This document shows, one piece after another, positions 1 through 12,300 of a DNA stretch of 64,000 bases. The notes beneath the pieces are model-generated. The model saw only the letters and a program-made list of their open reading frames with translations. It was not told where the DNA came from and did not search any database. Source of the DNA: Candidatus Omnitrophota bacterium. GTDB lineage: Bacteria; Omnitrophota; Omnitrophia; Omnitrophales; Aquincolibacteriaceae. A program made the position numbers and the translations under genes. The DNA is taken from assembly GCA_043732705.1 (NCBI GenBank), contig JAYTHE010000011.1, positions 71,605-135,604 of the forward strand, given 5' to 3'. Position 1 is the first letter of the stretch. Every line of letters begins with the position of its first letter.

Positions 1-3000
1 AACGAGCAAATTCAACCAATCCTGCTGTTCCATGACCGAACCCATTTGAGACTTTTGCAGCATTCCATAGATCACGACCAAATTTAATGCCGCCCCAGGC
101 CGACGAGACCAAATATCAAGCAAGGCACGCTGAAGCGGTTGATCGGGAATGCTTAGCCACAAATCAAAAAATCCTGCGACAAGAGCTTCGTCTGAGCTGC
201 CGCCATGTTGAAGTTTTCCAAATAACGGTGTCGGCGGAAAATCATTATTTCGAGTCAATTCTTGCCCTTGAACCATTCCCCGCAACAGCTTTCGGCGGAT
301 TTCTTCAGGCAAAGCCAAATAAGCCGGACGACTGATCAGGGAGTAAATTTGAACAATATAGTTTGCCCAATGGTGGTCGGCATCGCGCTGAACAAAAGCG
401 ACCTGAGTTGCCGCGTCAGGTAAAAATTGCGGCTCGGATAGAATTTTAAATTCTGCCGCAATGCGGCGAATTTCATCTTCAGTAAAAATGAGTTCCCGCG
501 GGTGCCGTGCCGTGGCACCGCGGCTCCTATCGATATGAAATAGTCTTAAACCTCGAAAGAAATAAACCACAGCAACAACACTTCCAAAATCAAGCGGAAT
601 AAGTGCGAAGCAACGCGCATACAATTCAGCAAAAAAACTACGCTCTAAATAGGTCAGCTTGTTGAAATATTCATTTTGTAAAATCTGATTTAACATCCAA
701 AATGCGCCAGAATAAGGTGAAAGCTCACGCATAATCGCAGTGAGACGCATGTTTGAGATGGAATAATGCGGTTGAATTTTTGGCTCTTCGATTGCATGCG
801 ACTTGTGAAACAGCCTGTACCACCCCATTAAAAATGGAACTGCCAACCAGCGGAATGCCGTAAAAATTGCTTCTCCAAATCCCCGCGCTTCCGAGCGTTT
901 AGTGCCATTTCCCAACCACAGCGAGCCTGAATCTCCTGTGCGTGGCTCCGGTTGAACCGAAGAATCTGGCTGACGGGTGGCGCGCGCGTAAAATTGCTCT
1001 AATAGCTTATTCACAGCTGCGTGCAATTGCATGCGCTCCGTGGTTTTTCGGCGGCCTTTTCCAACGGGTTGTCCTTGAGTTTTTAAATGGAGGTCTGCAA
1101 AAATTCGATGTAATGCTTCAGCTTGCTCCGCAGACTTCACAGAAATAAGAATTTTCTGAATTTCATTGAAGAAAGCTCGTTCGGCGTTCAATTTCTTCAT
1201 AAATTCTCGCTCTGTTTTCAACGAAAGTGTCATTCCATCAAAATAGTATTCCCAAAACAACTCCTGTTGCTGCGCATTCCAAATTTGAAAGACCGAAGTT
1301 TGAAAGACCGCCCTTATATGCCCCAACTCAATCTTTGTGGCATCAAAAATGACGCGAATCCATTGAGGATGACTTAAATCCATGTCCCTTGCCAAAACTT
1401 GAACACGACGAATATAGGGCTTCGCCAAATCAAAAGGCACATCCCTCAAATTGGTATAAAGCCATACCCACAGCCACGCAGGAAAATCAGAAAATGAAAC
1501 CTGAGGGCGCATCACACGAATAAAATCAAGCACGCTATTACGCTGACTCAGATCCCACTTAGAGTAAATAAAATGGCGCGATAATTTCCAAGCTGCGTGT
1601 AAAGATTGAATGCTCCACGATGCATCGATAAATAATTGACGCCAACGCGCATCGTATGCGGCTTTTTCTTCCGGCGACACCTTCTGATAACCTTCACTTA
1701 AATCGGGCTGCCAACGCTTAAAAACCTTCCAAACTGTCTTTTGATAAAGCTGCGAAACCCATAACGGCAAACGCATTTCCGAACGCTGTAATTCAACAAC
1801 AGCCGCGACTGGACCACCTGAGAACCACAAACTACCTTTATCTCCATCCTGATTTTCAGTTGATGCCTCAGGTGGCATAGACATACGTTGATGACGTTCC
1901 AACAGTTGTTGGAGAAGTGGTAAAACTTGTTCAGTCGCTTGCCGCAACGTAATGTCCCGCAAGGTCGTTCGTTCTTGCTCAGTAAGCCTATGACCATTGA
2001 ATTGCATTAAACGGGATGCGATGAATGCAACAAAAGAAAAACGATGCCCCTTGGAGGTGCGGTAAAATTCCCTAAGTCGACTCATAAACAATTCCAATTC
2101 CTTGTCATTGCGAATTAATTTCAACCGCAAAACTTGCGCTAAAAATTCAAGCCCATAATAATCATCTCCACCAAAAAAGTGCCTTAGGCTACGCAATAAA
2201 GGATCTTGGAACCACTTTGCGAGAGGCAGAAGGCGTGGATGATTAGCAATATTAAGCAGTAAATATTCACCATCAAACCCGGCAATTCCATATTCAGAAG
2301 TACGCATGACTTTGCGTAATTTTCCAGCTTGATCAATCCAGTAAAGCGGATGGTCTGGAATTCCCATGGATGGTTTCAAAGTTTCATCCGGTCCAACCAT
2401 AAAGACCGCGCTTGCGTCGACCGTCCAGATCTTCCGTTCTCCGGAGAAATTCTTTCGAATCAATAGTTTATGTCCGGTTTTTAAACTTTCCACATACCAG
2501 TTACCGGGATTGCCGGGGCCGCTTTCCGCATTTTCGTTATAAGTCACGTAATCATTACCGACAAACTTTGGAAATGACGGATCTTTGCCGAAGGCAACGA
2601 TTCTCGTCCGTGTTTTACGGTCCCAAATTTCAGCCGGTTTTTTATCCGGATAATTAAATTTCCATAGCAGTACCTTGGTTTGGTCGGGCGAAACTTCAGC
2701 ATGTTCAAAACCATAGTATGTTTCTAATTGCCGGCCAGTACTTTGTTCAAAAATAGTAACCCGGCTGCCTTTCAAATCACTCAAAGCCAAAAAACCATTT
2801 TGTGAGAAAGTACAATGCCGAAAGTTCGTTCCATACTTTGTGACAGGCTCAAGCGTCGCGGAATCGATCAAAATTCCCACAAAGGTTTGAGGATACTGTT
2901 CACCGCCGTCATGATGGTAGTAATCCGCTTGGAAATAGCGTAGTTTTCCGTCAGGTGAATAGTCCGCGTCGTGACTAGGCCCTTGCACATGGTTGTATTT

Positions 3001-3300
3001 GTTGCGCCAAGGGTACCCATGCGCATCAAAATATTTTCTTGCGATTTCTTCGAGCTGGTCACGGGTTAATTCTGCCGGCTTTCGCTGCCCTGTTTTGATA
3101 TCCGTATAGCGATAACTTTGTTTCCAATCGCGCCGCTGGCCAAAATAACTGCGCCCACCTTCAGTAAATAAAATCGTATCGCGTTTCACGCCGCTTCGTT
3201 TTCGGTCAAGCCAGGTCCATTCACGCACAAGCTCTTGAGCCGCTTTCAAAGAAATTTTCCCCGTCGACCGCATTTCTGAGCGGGCTTTCGAACGAGAATT
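1..3300 (-). other. C-terminal propeller-like plus helical module of gene B (an eleventh, partly divergent super-repeat), truncated by the window edge.
   Basis: ARSEMRSTGK verified at ~3270. Blade-like SPDGKLRYF and SPDQTKVLLWKF segments. SLWFSGGPVAAVVELQRSEMRLPLW verified at 1765-1860. SLWLGNGTKRSEARGFGEAIF verified at 850-960. Degenerate RSRGATARHPRELIF at ~500. Confidence 0.45.
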
Positions 3301-6300
3301 TACAGCTTGTGAAGCTGCGCCGAGAATCCCCGCCAAAGCGGCGCGCTGAAACTTTGAAAAATTGCCTGAGCCTTTACGATTGTAAAAAACGCTGCGAATA
3401 ATTTCCTGCAATAATGTTTTAAGTGCAGCAGGCAGCTTCGAGACTTCGTCATCATGCAGATAAATCGACCATTCATGCCCGTAAACATCGGGCACAATGG
3501 CAGTATCATCGCCCAAACCAATACCGAGAAAATCTGTTTTGGTGCGTCCGATCAGACCATTATTTTTCCGAATTCGTTCGAGAATTGTTTGGATCGATTT
3601 AATATCACCAACACCATCGGTCAAAACCATCACAAAATGACGGTCACCGCCTGCTTTTTCAATATCGCGGATCGCGGCTTCAAGCGCCGGGCCTTCATCG
3701 TTCCCGCCATAGGCTCCAATACTATTATGTAAATCATCCACCACCGCGTCCCGGTCTTTTTTCGTCGAATACCCGTCGGGAATGGCTTCGTGTCCGGGAC
3801 GCTCATATTCCTTGCGTTTATCATCGGGAATTTTTTGGCCTTTGAAACGTTTATGCAAATGCGTTCCCGTGCCATAACCGCGAATCGCAAAATCAATGCC
3901 GAGTGCCTCAAGCACTTCCGCAATTAATGTCACGCCGATCAAAGTTTTATAACCTTTGTCCGTCGCCTTCTGTTCGGCTTTTTGCCCTGGTTCACCCATG
4001 CCCGCCATCGAACCGCTTTCATCCACGATAATCGTAAATTTGATATTTTTTTTCTGTGGAATGATCCGATGTTCAAAAACATTCAGGCCATTTGAAAAAC
4101 CATGCGCAATGGCTTGAATCAAATCCTGGACATTGAGCCGGCCTTTTTTCTTATGTCTTTCCCATTTCGGGCGCGTGGAATTCAAAATCAAATCCCGCAA
4201 ATAGCCGGTCAATTCATTAATCATGCGGCTAATTAAAGGCCAGGCCATCAACCGGTCGCGCTCACTCATCGGCCGCGCGCCTTCATGATCCCGTTTGGCC
4301 TGCTGAAAATCTTTGGCGTCTTTCGCTGTGCGGTCCACAGCTTTACCTTCGTCTTCATACTCTTTTTTCATTTCATCTAAAATTTGCCGGCGCACATGAT
4401 CCGGCAATGTCCGATATTCCCGCGCCCACTCTTTCCATCCTTTTGTCTGCCCCGATTGAGGGGGCTGGTTACCCTCGCCTTTGCCGGAACGCGGCATGGT
4501 GGCAGACGCATCACCCTCTTCGCTCTCGCCTTTCTCGTCACCTTCACCCGGCTCACCTTTTTGGCCTTTTTTCCCTGACTGAGATTGACCTGATTTTTGA
4601 CCGCGCTGTCCTTTACCGCCCTGACCTTGTCCTGGCCTCCCTTGACCCTGCATTCCTTTTTGGACCGACTTCACAAACCATTTATAAACACGGGGTAATA
4701 TAATTTCACGGATTAAAACTCCTTGCTGCAAAGATAATTCCTGCAAAGACTGCTCGGAGGGATAGCGGTCAAATTCCCAAACACCGCGGTCATTCTTTCG
4801 CACCGGTACAAGCGAAAAAACACCACGCATCGGCGATATACGCCTGCGTAATTGACTCTTTTCTTCGGCTGTTAAATGTTTTTGCTCTTCATAGTCGTTT
4901 AAAACACCAACCATGTCCTGTTCCGTACCGCCGCCAAAAATGCCGCCGTCGACAAGCTCTTGAGCGTCAGCCGCCAGCTCTGGATCGCGCTCACCTAATT
5001 TTTTGATAAAGTTCGGGATCATTTGCATCGCGTCGGCATCCCAACCGCGCTTCGCCATGAAAAGAAAAAAGTTAAGCAGCGCGTTGACATCATCAATCGG
5101 TTCACCCGGCTTACCAAAAACCATTTTCTGAATCAACTCTTCGGGATTTTTTTCTTTAAAAATAACTTCATCATTCGTAGCCTTCAGCGGCGTGGCGGCC
5201 CCTTGAAAAAGCATGCGCGCCCAGTTTTCAATACGCCCGTCTTCAAGAATGTTGAATACATGCGCGGCCACGCCGAAGGGATCAAAAAATTCCGCAAATT
5301 GATATAAATAGCGTGTGCCGTAGCGATGCATGGCTTCATGAATACCTACGCCGATGAGCGCATTCAAGCTGAGCACATTGATCATTTTTTCATCATAAAA
5401 AAGCGTGCGCGTTGACGGCTGCCAGGCCCAGCCTTCTTCGCTCGCTTTCAACGTAATATCCATGCCTTTTGTGACAGCCGAAAAAGTATCTTCGTAAATT
5501 TGCTTTTTCTTTTCTACCGGCATTTTTTCCCATTCACCTTTGGACGGCAAATTCTCAGGCAACCCACCTTCGCCAAAAGCTGCAATGGGTTTGGCCATCT
5601 TGAGTATTCCTCCCGGCTGCCCAACGGATGAACTTGACTGACTGGACATCGCTAAAAAAGGCGAGCCGCCATGAGGAATGTCTTCACCGCTCATCCCCGC
5701 AATTTGACGCCGCGTTCCGCCTAATGCCTCTGCGACATCCAAATCCGTGCTGGATTCTTCCGGTAACCCGCGTTCAATCATCGCTTGAACAAAAGATTGA
5801 ATCCCGCCAAGCATCATGCGGTATTGCTCGCCTTTACTACGTTGACTGCGCACCCATACTTCGCGAAAACGGCTGCGCAACGCCGGTGAAAGCGGCACAC
5901 GACCGGAATTCATTCCGGTCCGCCCCTCGAGAGGATTCATAGTGCCGGCAAGTCTAAAATTCGGATGAATATTGACCTGCACTTTTTGTCCCTGAATAGT
6001 CAGCGTACCGCGGTCAAAATATTCATTTAAGATTTCAATCACGGCGCTGTCCGCCATGTTCAACTCTTCTAAAACGCATAATGAGCCGCTTTCCATGGCG
6101 CGGATTAAATCACCCTTTTTAAACTGAAAAGTACCTGTCGTTTCATCAATCACAAAATAGCCAATCAACGACTCAACCGTTGCGGCTCCGAGCGCAACCG
6201 AAACATAAGCCCAGCCCAGTTCACGGGCAATATCCGCAAGCATTTCTGTTTTTCCGCCGCCGGATTGCCCAATCAGCGCCAGCGGCTGAGATTGATGCAC

Positions 6301-9300
6301 CCAAACGACCTCTCCTTTTTCATTTCTCCGCTCAACCAACCCTCCGTCACGGAAAAGTTTCATGATTTGAATGCGTTCAATCTGCGTCGACTGCAATTCG
6401 ACTAGCTTTTCAATGCGATCGGCTTGCGTATAAAGCCGCTCGTGGATTAATTTTAAAACTGCTTTCATCAAATCCGGGTATGTGCCGAACTCCTGTTTTG
6501 CCCACGCTTGGACTTTGTCATACAAAATAGCTTTGGGACTGCGTTCATCGCCGCCAAGCCGCGCCGCTTCCATTTCTTGTTCAAAATAACTGCGCAAGGC
6601 TTCCGGATCCAGCTTTGGCAATGCCGGTTGACCGCCTTGATAGGTCAATGCCACCTGTCCCATTTCAATTTGGATTTCTTTGAGTGTGCCCTCCAAAATA
6701 TCGTAAACCGTGAGGCGCGGCACCCAAACTCCTCCTAACTCAAGCCAATCCACTCCCTCGTTCGAAACGCGGCGCAGCCGGTGGAAAGTTTTAAAGAAGT
6801 CATCCGACTCAGGATTCCAATTCAAATATTGTTCAAATAATTTTCGCAGTTTTGAAAGATTATCCGGCAAAGCTTCCGCAGGCGGAACAGATTCGGGCGA
6901 GGTTTCGGCTTCCGCTTTTTTCTTCTTCTTGGAAGCGACAGGTTTTGCGCGGCGGGTTGCCGGCGACCGGCTGGCAGAATTTTTCATCCGTGCTTTCATT
7001 TCAGGATAATCATCGATTGTGGTTTGTCCGAGCAAACCGGCGTATTCAATCCAGGCTTCCCGTAAAAGTGCGGCTTGATAATCCGCGTATTGGGTGCCGT
7101 CCGCACCTGCGATTGGATTATGCTGGGCGCGGACTTTCGCGTCTTTGACAATACGCTCTAAATTGCGTAAAGCAAAACGATAGGTATCATCGATATTAAA
7201 CTGTTCAAAATAATTATGCCGGCTCCGATCATGAATATCTTTTTGCATGGTTGCTAATTGCACTAGCAACTCCATCGAAATATTAGTTTCTTGGAGACTA
7301 TATTTATGCATGAGAATTTCAGCCATTTCCTGCGGAGTGATTTCAGGCACGCGCATAATCTCAAAGCGGTTCATAAAAGCTTCGCTCATGCGATTGCGGC
7401 CGGAATAACTCGCCGGATTGCCGCTGACCAGCAATTGAAATCCGGTTCCGGGAAAAATTTTCCGGCCTTGATATTCAATATAACCAAGCGTCAACAATTG
7501 ATACAAAATACCGATCGCATCTTCATTGGCTAAATTAAACTCATCCAGCAGCACAACCTGGCCTGCGACACCCTGATCACGGTCACCCATCGCTTCAAGC
7601 AACAAACCTTTTTTAAATTCCAGATCAATCCCAATCGAGCCGTTATGGACCAACGCGGCGATGGAACGTGTTAAGTCGCGCAACCGGCCGTTGTTTTGCC
7701 TTGCCCCTTTCAAAACATATTCACGGATAAACTTTTTAATCAATTCCTGCTGCGACACTTGGTGACCAGCAGGAATTCCGGCCAAACGCTGCAATTGCTC
7801 ACGGCTAAAACCCAATGTTTGCAATGATTTTTCCAGAACTCGAAAATTGCGTCCTTGAAGGCTTTCCTGTAAAACTTGATAGCTTTCCTGCAAGGACAAA
7901 TTAAGCTCCACCGGCTGATACGAACCAAGCAAGTCATACTCATCCGTGCGTGGATTCATCTGAATACGGCGGAATCCGACTTGCTCGCTGGCGGTGACGT
8001 TTTGATTCCAAAGATGCACGGCCAATTCAATCATGGTCGACTTACCGCCGCTGGTTTCACCCAACAACATCATGGGATTGAAGCGCCGCGCATATTCAGG
8101 ATCACGATAAAATCCGTCCAGCAAATAGCCCATTTGCTGCCGGGCTTCTTCGGTCATTACAAAACCGCGCTCTTGTAATATGGCTTTGGATACACTCGCA
8201 ATAAACAGATTGCCGCGATAAATATGATAAGCATCCCCTTCGTCATGCCAGGCATAGTCTTGATTTTCAAAATGATATTGCGGAAAAACATCTTTACGGA
8301 CAAGAGCATGATCCGTTTCGTTCCCAAGCCGGCGGTCATAAATTCGTTTAAGTGCGTGACGCAAAGCGTCTTCCTCCGCGATACCGCGCCGCATATCCTG
8401 CGCGACCCAATCCACAACCTTAACGACGTCGCGCAAGCTGGCGTAATAACCCTCGTTGTCGTCATTTTCTTTACCGATTTGCTGGCCCTCAACTTTTGCC
8501 GCGAAAGCAAAATAAGTCCGGCGAATTTCTTCGACTGTTTTTTTTGAAACCTCAACTTGCCGGTTCGAAAATTTCTTGCGAATGATTGCTTCCACTTCTC
8601 CCGAAGTCTTTTCATGCGCCACCCAAACTTCCGAAAAACGGCTGCGCATAGCGGGTGAAAATCCGGCACGCCCGCCGCTTGCCCCCGTCACGCCTTGCAG
8701 CGGATTCATCGTCGCAAAAAGCCGAAAATTAGGATGGATTTTTATTTTTACGCCTGTCAACGGGTTGGTGAAAGTGCCTTCATCAAAATATTCATTCAAG
8801 ATTTCAACCAGACCGGAAGGCATCATGTTAATTTCTTCAAGTACCAGAATCGATCCCTCTTGCATGGCCTGCACGAGCACACCGGCGACATAACGGAATT
8901 TTTTTGTTTCTTCGTCACGTTCAAAGCTACCGACTAGCCTTTCCATATTCGCGTTTGCGAGTGAAACTGAAACATATTTCCAATTTAAACGCCGCGCGAG
9001 ATCCGCCACAATTTCGGTTTTTCCGCCGCCGGATTGTCCGATTAAAAGTACGGCTTGACGAGGATCCATCAAACCTTTGGCTACGGCAAGCCGGATTAAG
9101 TCGGTCTGTTCGGAGTCAGCCAGCTCTTCAACTACTTGCGCATCCTGCGAAGGCCCTCCGCGCTCATAATGCCGTCCGCGCAAACGGAAACCTCCAACTT
9201 CAACTGTAGGCCGGCGGCTGATTCGATCGATGCCGCTGGAAAATGAAATTTTGATTTGACTGGGATTAAAGTTTGGAAAAAATTCTGGGGCTATAAAAAG

Positions 9301-12300
9301 CCGGCGAAAGGCGGCGGTTTCTATCGGACTGCGGCCAAGAATGCCGGAATATTCGAGATAAGCTTGCTCAAGAATCATACTACTTAGCTCACGCGCGCTC
9401 GGCGGCGGCGCGCGTCCTCGCATGCGAATTAAGTAACCAGTATTCTTGATAATTTTTTTCAAATTTCGCAGCGTAAACATATAACCCTGTGTTGTCCCTG
9501 CACGTGCGGACGGAAAGTCACCTTCGGCCAAATGCTTGTTTAAGTGATCCTGGAATGCCGCTAATTTTGAAATAACATCATGCTCAATGGTGGTTCCGCC
9601 AAAAACCTTTTTATTGCGCATCATTTCGGTTTCGACAATTTCCGCCGCCTCGGCTGCCGGCATATTTTTTACAAACTGCATTTCAAAACGGTTCATGAGG
9701 GCTTCGCTTAGCTGATTCCGGCCTTCATAGGTGGTAGGATTTCCGGTAGCAATCAGCTTAAAACCCGCTGCCGGGTAGATTTTCTCAACTTGCCCCGAGT
9801 CCTTGTTATAAGTTTCGATAAAACCCAGCGTTAGCAATTGATAAAGCACCGCGAGCACTTCTTCGTTGGCAATATTCATTTCATCCAACATCGTAACGTG
9901 TCCGTGTTTCATGGCATTCAACAACCGTCCCTCACGAAAATCGAGTTCGACATTTAAAACTCCGTTATGCGTGAGCAAAGCTAACGATTTAATTTTTCGA
10001 ATGGCATCTTCCTTAATCTGAGGATCGGACGAATCCGCAGTACGCAGCCATTCGGTAATTTTTTCACGCATGGCCGCGATTTCAGCACTCCAAATATCGT
10101 CCCATTCAGCCGAAAGCGTTTGATCATCCGATATTGCCGACTGCCCATACTGAATGAGATCCATGGCCCGCTTTAATTTGACCCACTGCCCGCCTTCCAT
10201 GGAGTTTTGGATGACGCGAACGGCCTGGTCCGTGGAAATATTCATTTCACGCGGCTCGTATGACCCAAAAAGATCATAAGCATCGGTTCGTTCACTGAAT
10301 TGAATGCGCGTATAACCCTGCCGTAATAAGTTCAAAGCAAAAAACCGCACAAGCGAGCTTTTACCACCGGCAGTTTCGCCGATTAAAAGCACGGGATTGA
10401 ATTTACCATTCTGAACGTCAGAATTTTCAAGCGCCGTGGACTCTGCCAAAGTCATGAGATTTTCTAAAGTGCGCCGATTTTCCACCAAACGTGAATCAGA
10501 TAAAGTGTTGTTTAGTTTAACCTGCACCGCGCTATCTATTTGCTGACGCGGCATACCTTGCATCGCGGCTTCCATTTCGTGCCGCAACTCATTCTCAAGT
10601 TTTGAAGATTGAACACCGAAATCAAATTCAGCAACAAGCTGCTGATCGTCAAAAAACTGCAACCGTCCCGCGTCCAGATGGTAGCGCGGCACTTTAACTT
10701 CAAACTGTTTAATATTTGCTTTTTTCAAAACTCCGCGCACTGTTTCACCATCGGCCGCGTTTTGCATTCTCAACTCGTAAACACGATGCATCGCACGCGC
10801 AAGCGCCGCATCCATTTTCATTCCCCGCGCATTCCAATAGCCCATTGCTTTTACGACACGCCGTAAGTCACGCAAGCTGGTGTAATAAGCCGGCTCACCG
10901 CGATGACGGAACACCTCACGATACTCTTTAAAGAAAGCCTGTATTTTAAGCGATACAGCAGAATCAAATTTCAAATCATACTGTTCAAAAAGTTTTTGTA
11001 GAATTTCATCCATTTCGGAAGCAGATTTTTCAGCCGGAATCCAAACTTCGCGGAAGCGACTGCGTAACGCGGGCGATAAATGTACACGGCCGCTATTTTG
11101 CCCCGTCACGCCATCCACAGGGTTCATCGTCGCGAAGAGACGAAAATCCGGCGACACCTTGACTTTTTGAAGCGTGAACGGATTGGTAAAGGTTCCTTCA
11201 TCAAAATATTCATTCAGAATTTCTAAAATTCCGGGCTTGGCCATATTAATTTCTTCAAGCACAAGCGCCGAACCTTGATTCATCGCCTTAATCAAAACAC
11301 CAGGGCGGTACACAAAGCGTTTTTCCTTTTTGTCATATTCCATGCTCCCCAACAAATCTTCCAAAGTTGCGTCGCCGAGTGAAACAGAAACATAATCCCA
11401 GCCGAGCTTGTACGCTGCGTCGGCAATCACATCGGATTTACCGCCACCCGATTGCCCCACAACCAGCACGGGTTGATTTTGACGAAAGCCTTTAACAACC
11501 TGGGTCATGGCATATTTTGTAGATTCAACAAATACAAGCGGCTCCGTCCAGCGTCGAACAGTCCGTGCCTTGCCATGGGTCTCAATACCGTCGATTGAGA
11601 CTGTTTTGGATTGATCGTTATGGCGCATCTCAATTGTTTTAAAATTTCGTTCAATTAAATTATCAAATGCGTCCTGCGCCGTCGAAAACTGACCGCGAAA
11701 TAAATCTCCCATTTGCACGCAGAAAATATTGCGTAAACGCTCATAACTTAAATCATTCTTAATCGCATCGGAATTTAAAAGGTACACATCGGAACGCAGC
11801 AAAACTCCGCTAAAAAGCATAAAGGACTCGCGAATCCAAGATTCGAGGTTTAACTCCTGACCGACCTGTTTACGCTCTAAAATATCCCGATAAATTCGCA
11901 AGTAATCGCGAATCGTAAACATGTAATTACTGTCGGCGCCCATATTGAAGCGTCCACCAAGTAAATACTGATTCAATCCTCGCTGGGTATCCGCAAGCGC
12001 GATCAATTCCCTCTGTGTCACGCCAAATTCCTGCTGCAAGTAGCTGTCGATTCGCTTTTGAAATTCAATTTCGCTTTCACCTTGAGCTCGCATGAAATGT
12101 TCGGGGGTATACCCTCGCAAACGGATTAAATCTTTTTGCATGGTTCCGTACAGAATTTCAAACATTTCCTGGCCATTCATTTCTTTGACCCAGAGAATTT
12201 CAAAGCGATTCATGAAGGCCTCACTCATGCGCTTTCGACCGGCATAACTCGAGGGATTCGCCGTCGCGATGACGCGCGGACGACGGCTGGTTTCAGGTTC

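Noticed and set aside
497-528. GC-rich near-palindrome ccgcgggtgccgtgccgtggcaccgcgg (two SacII sites flanking inverted ggtgcc/ggcacc).
   Set aside because: It lies inside gene B coding sequence (encodes RSRGATARHPRELIF, a degenerate copy of the RSEMR motif). There is no flanking direct repeat or other mobile-element signature, so it is probably incidental.
8157-8669. Minus-strand ORF of 170 aa in a different frame from gene B (plus the other short minus ORFs listed in 1-32460).
   Set aside because: All share one alternative frame (codon tops =2 mod 3) and overlap AAA-domain coding sequence. They are Lys/Arg-rich junk translations.
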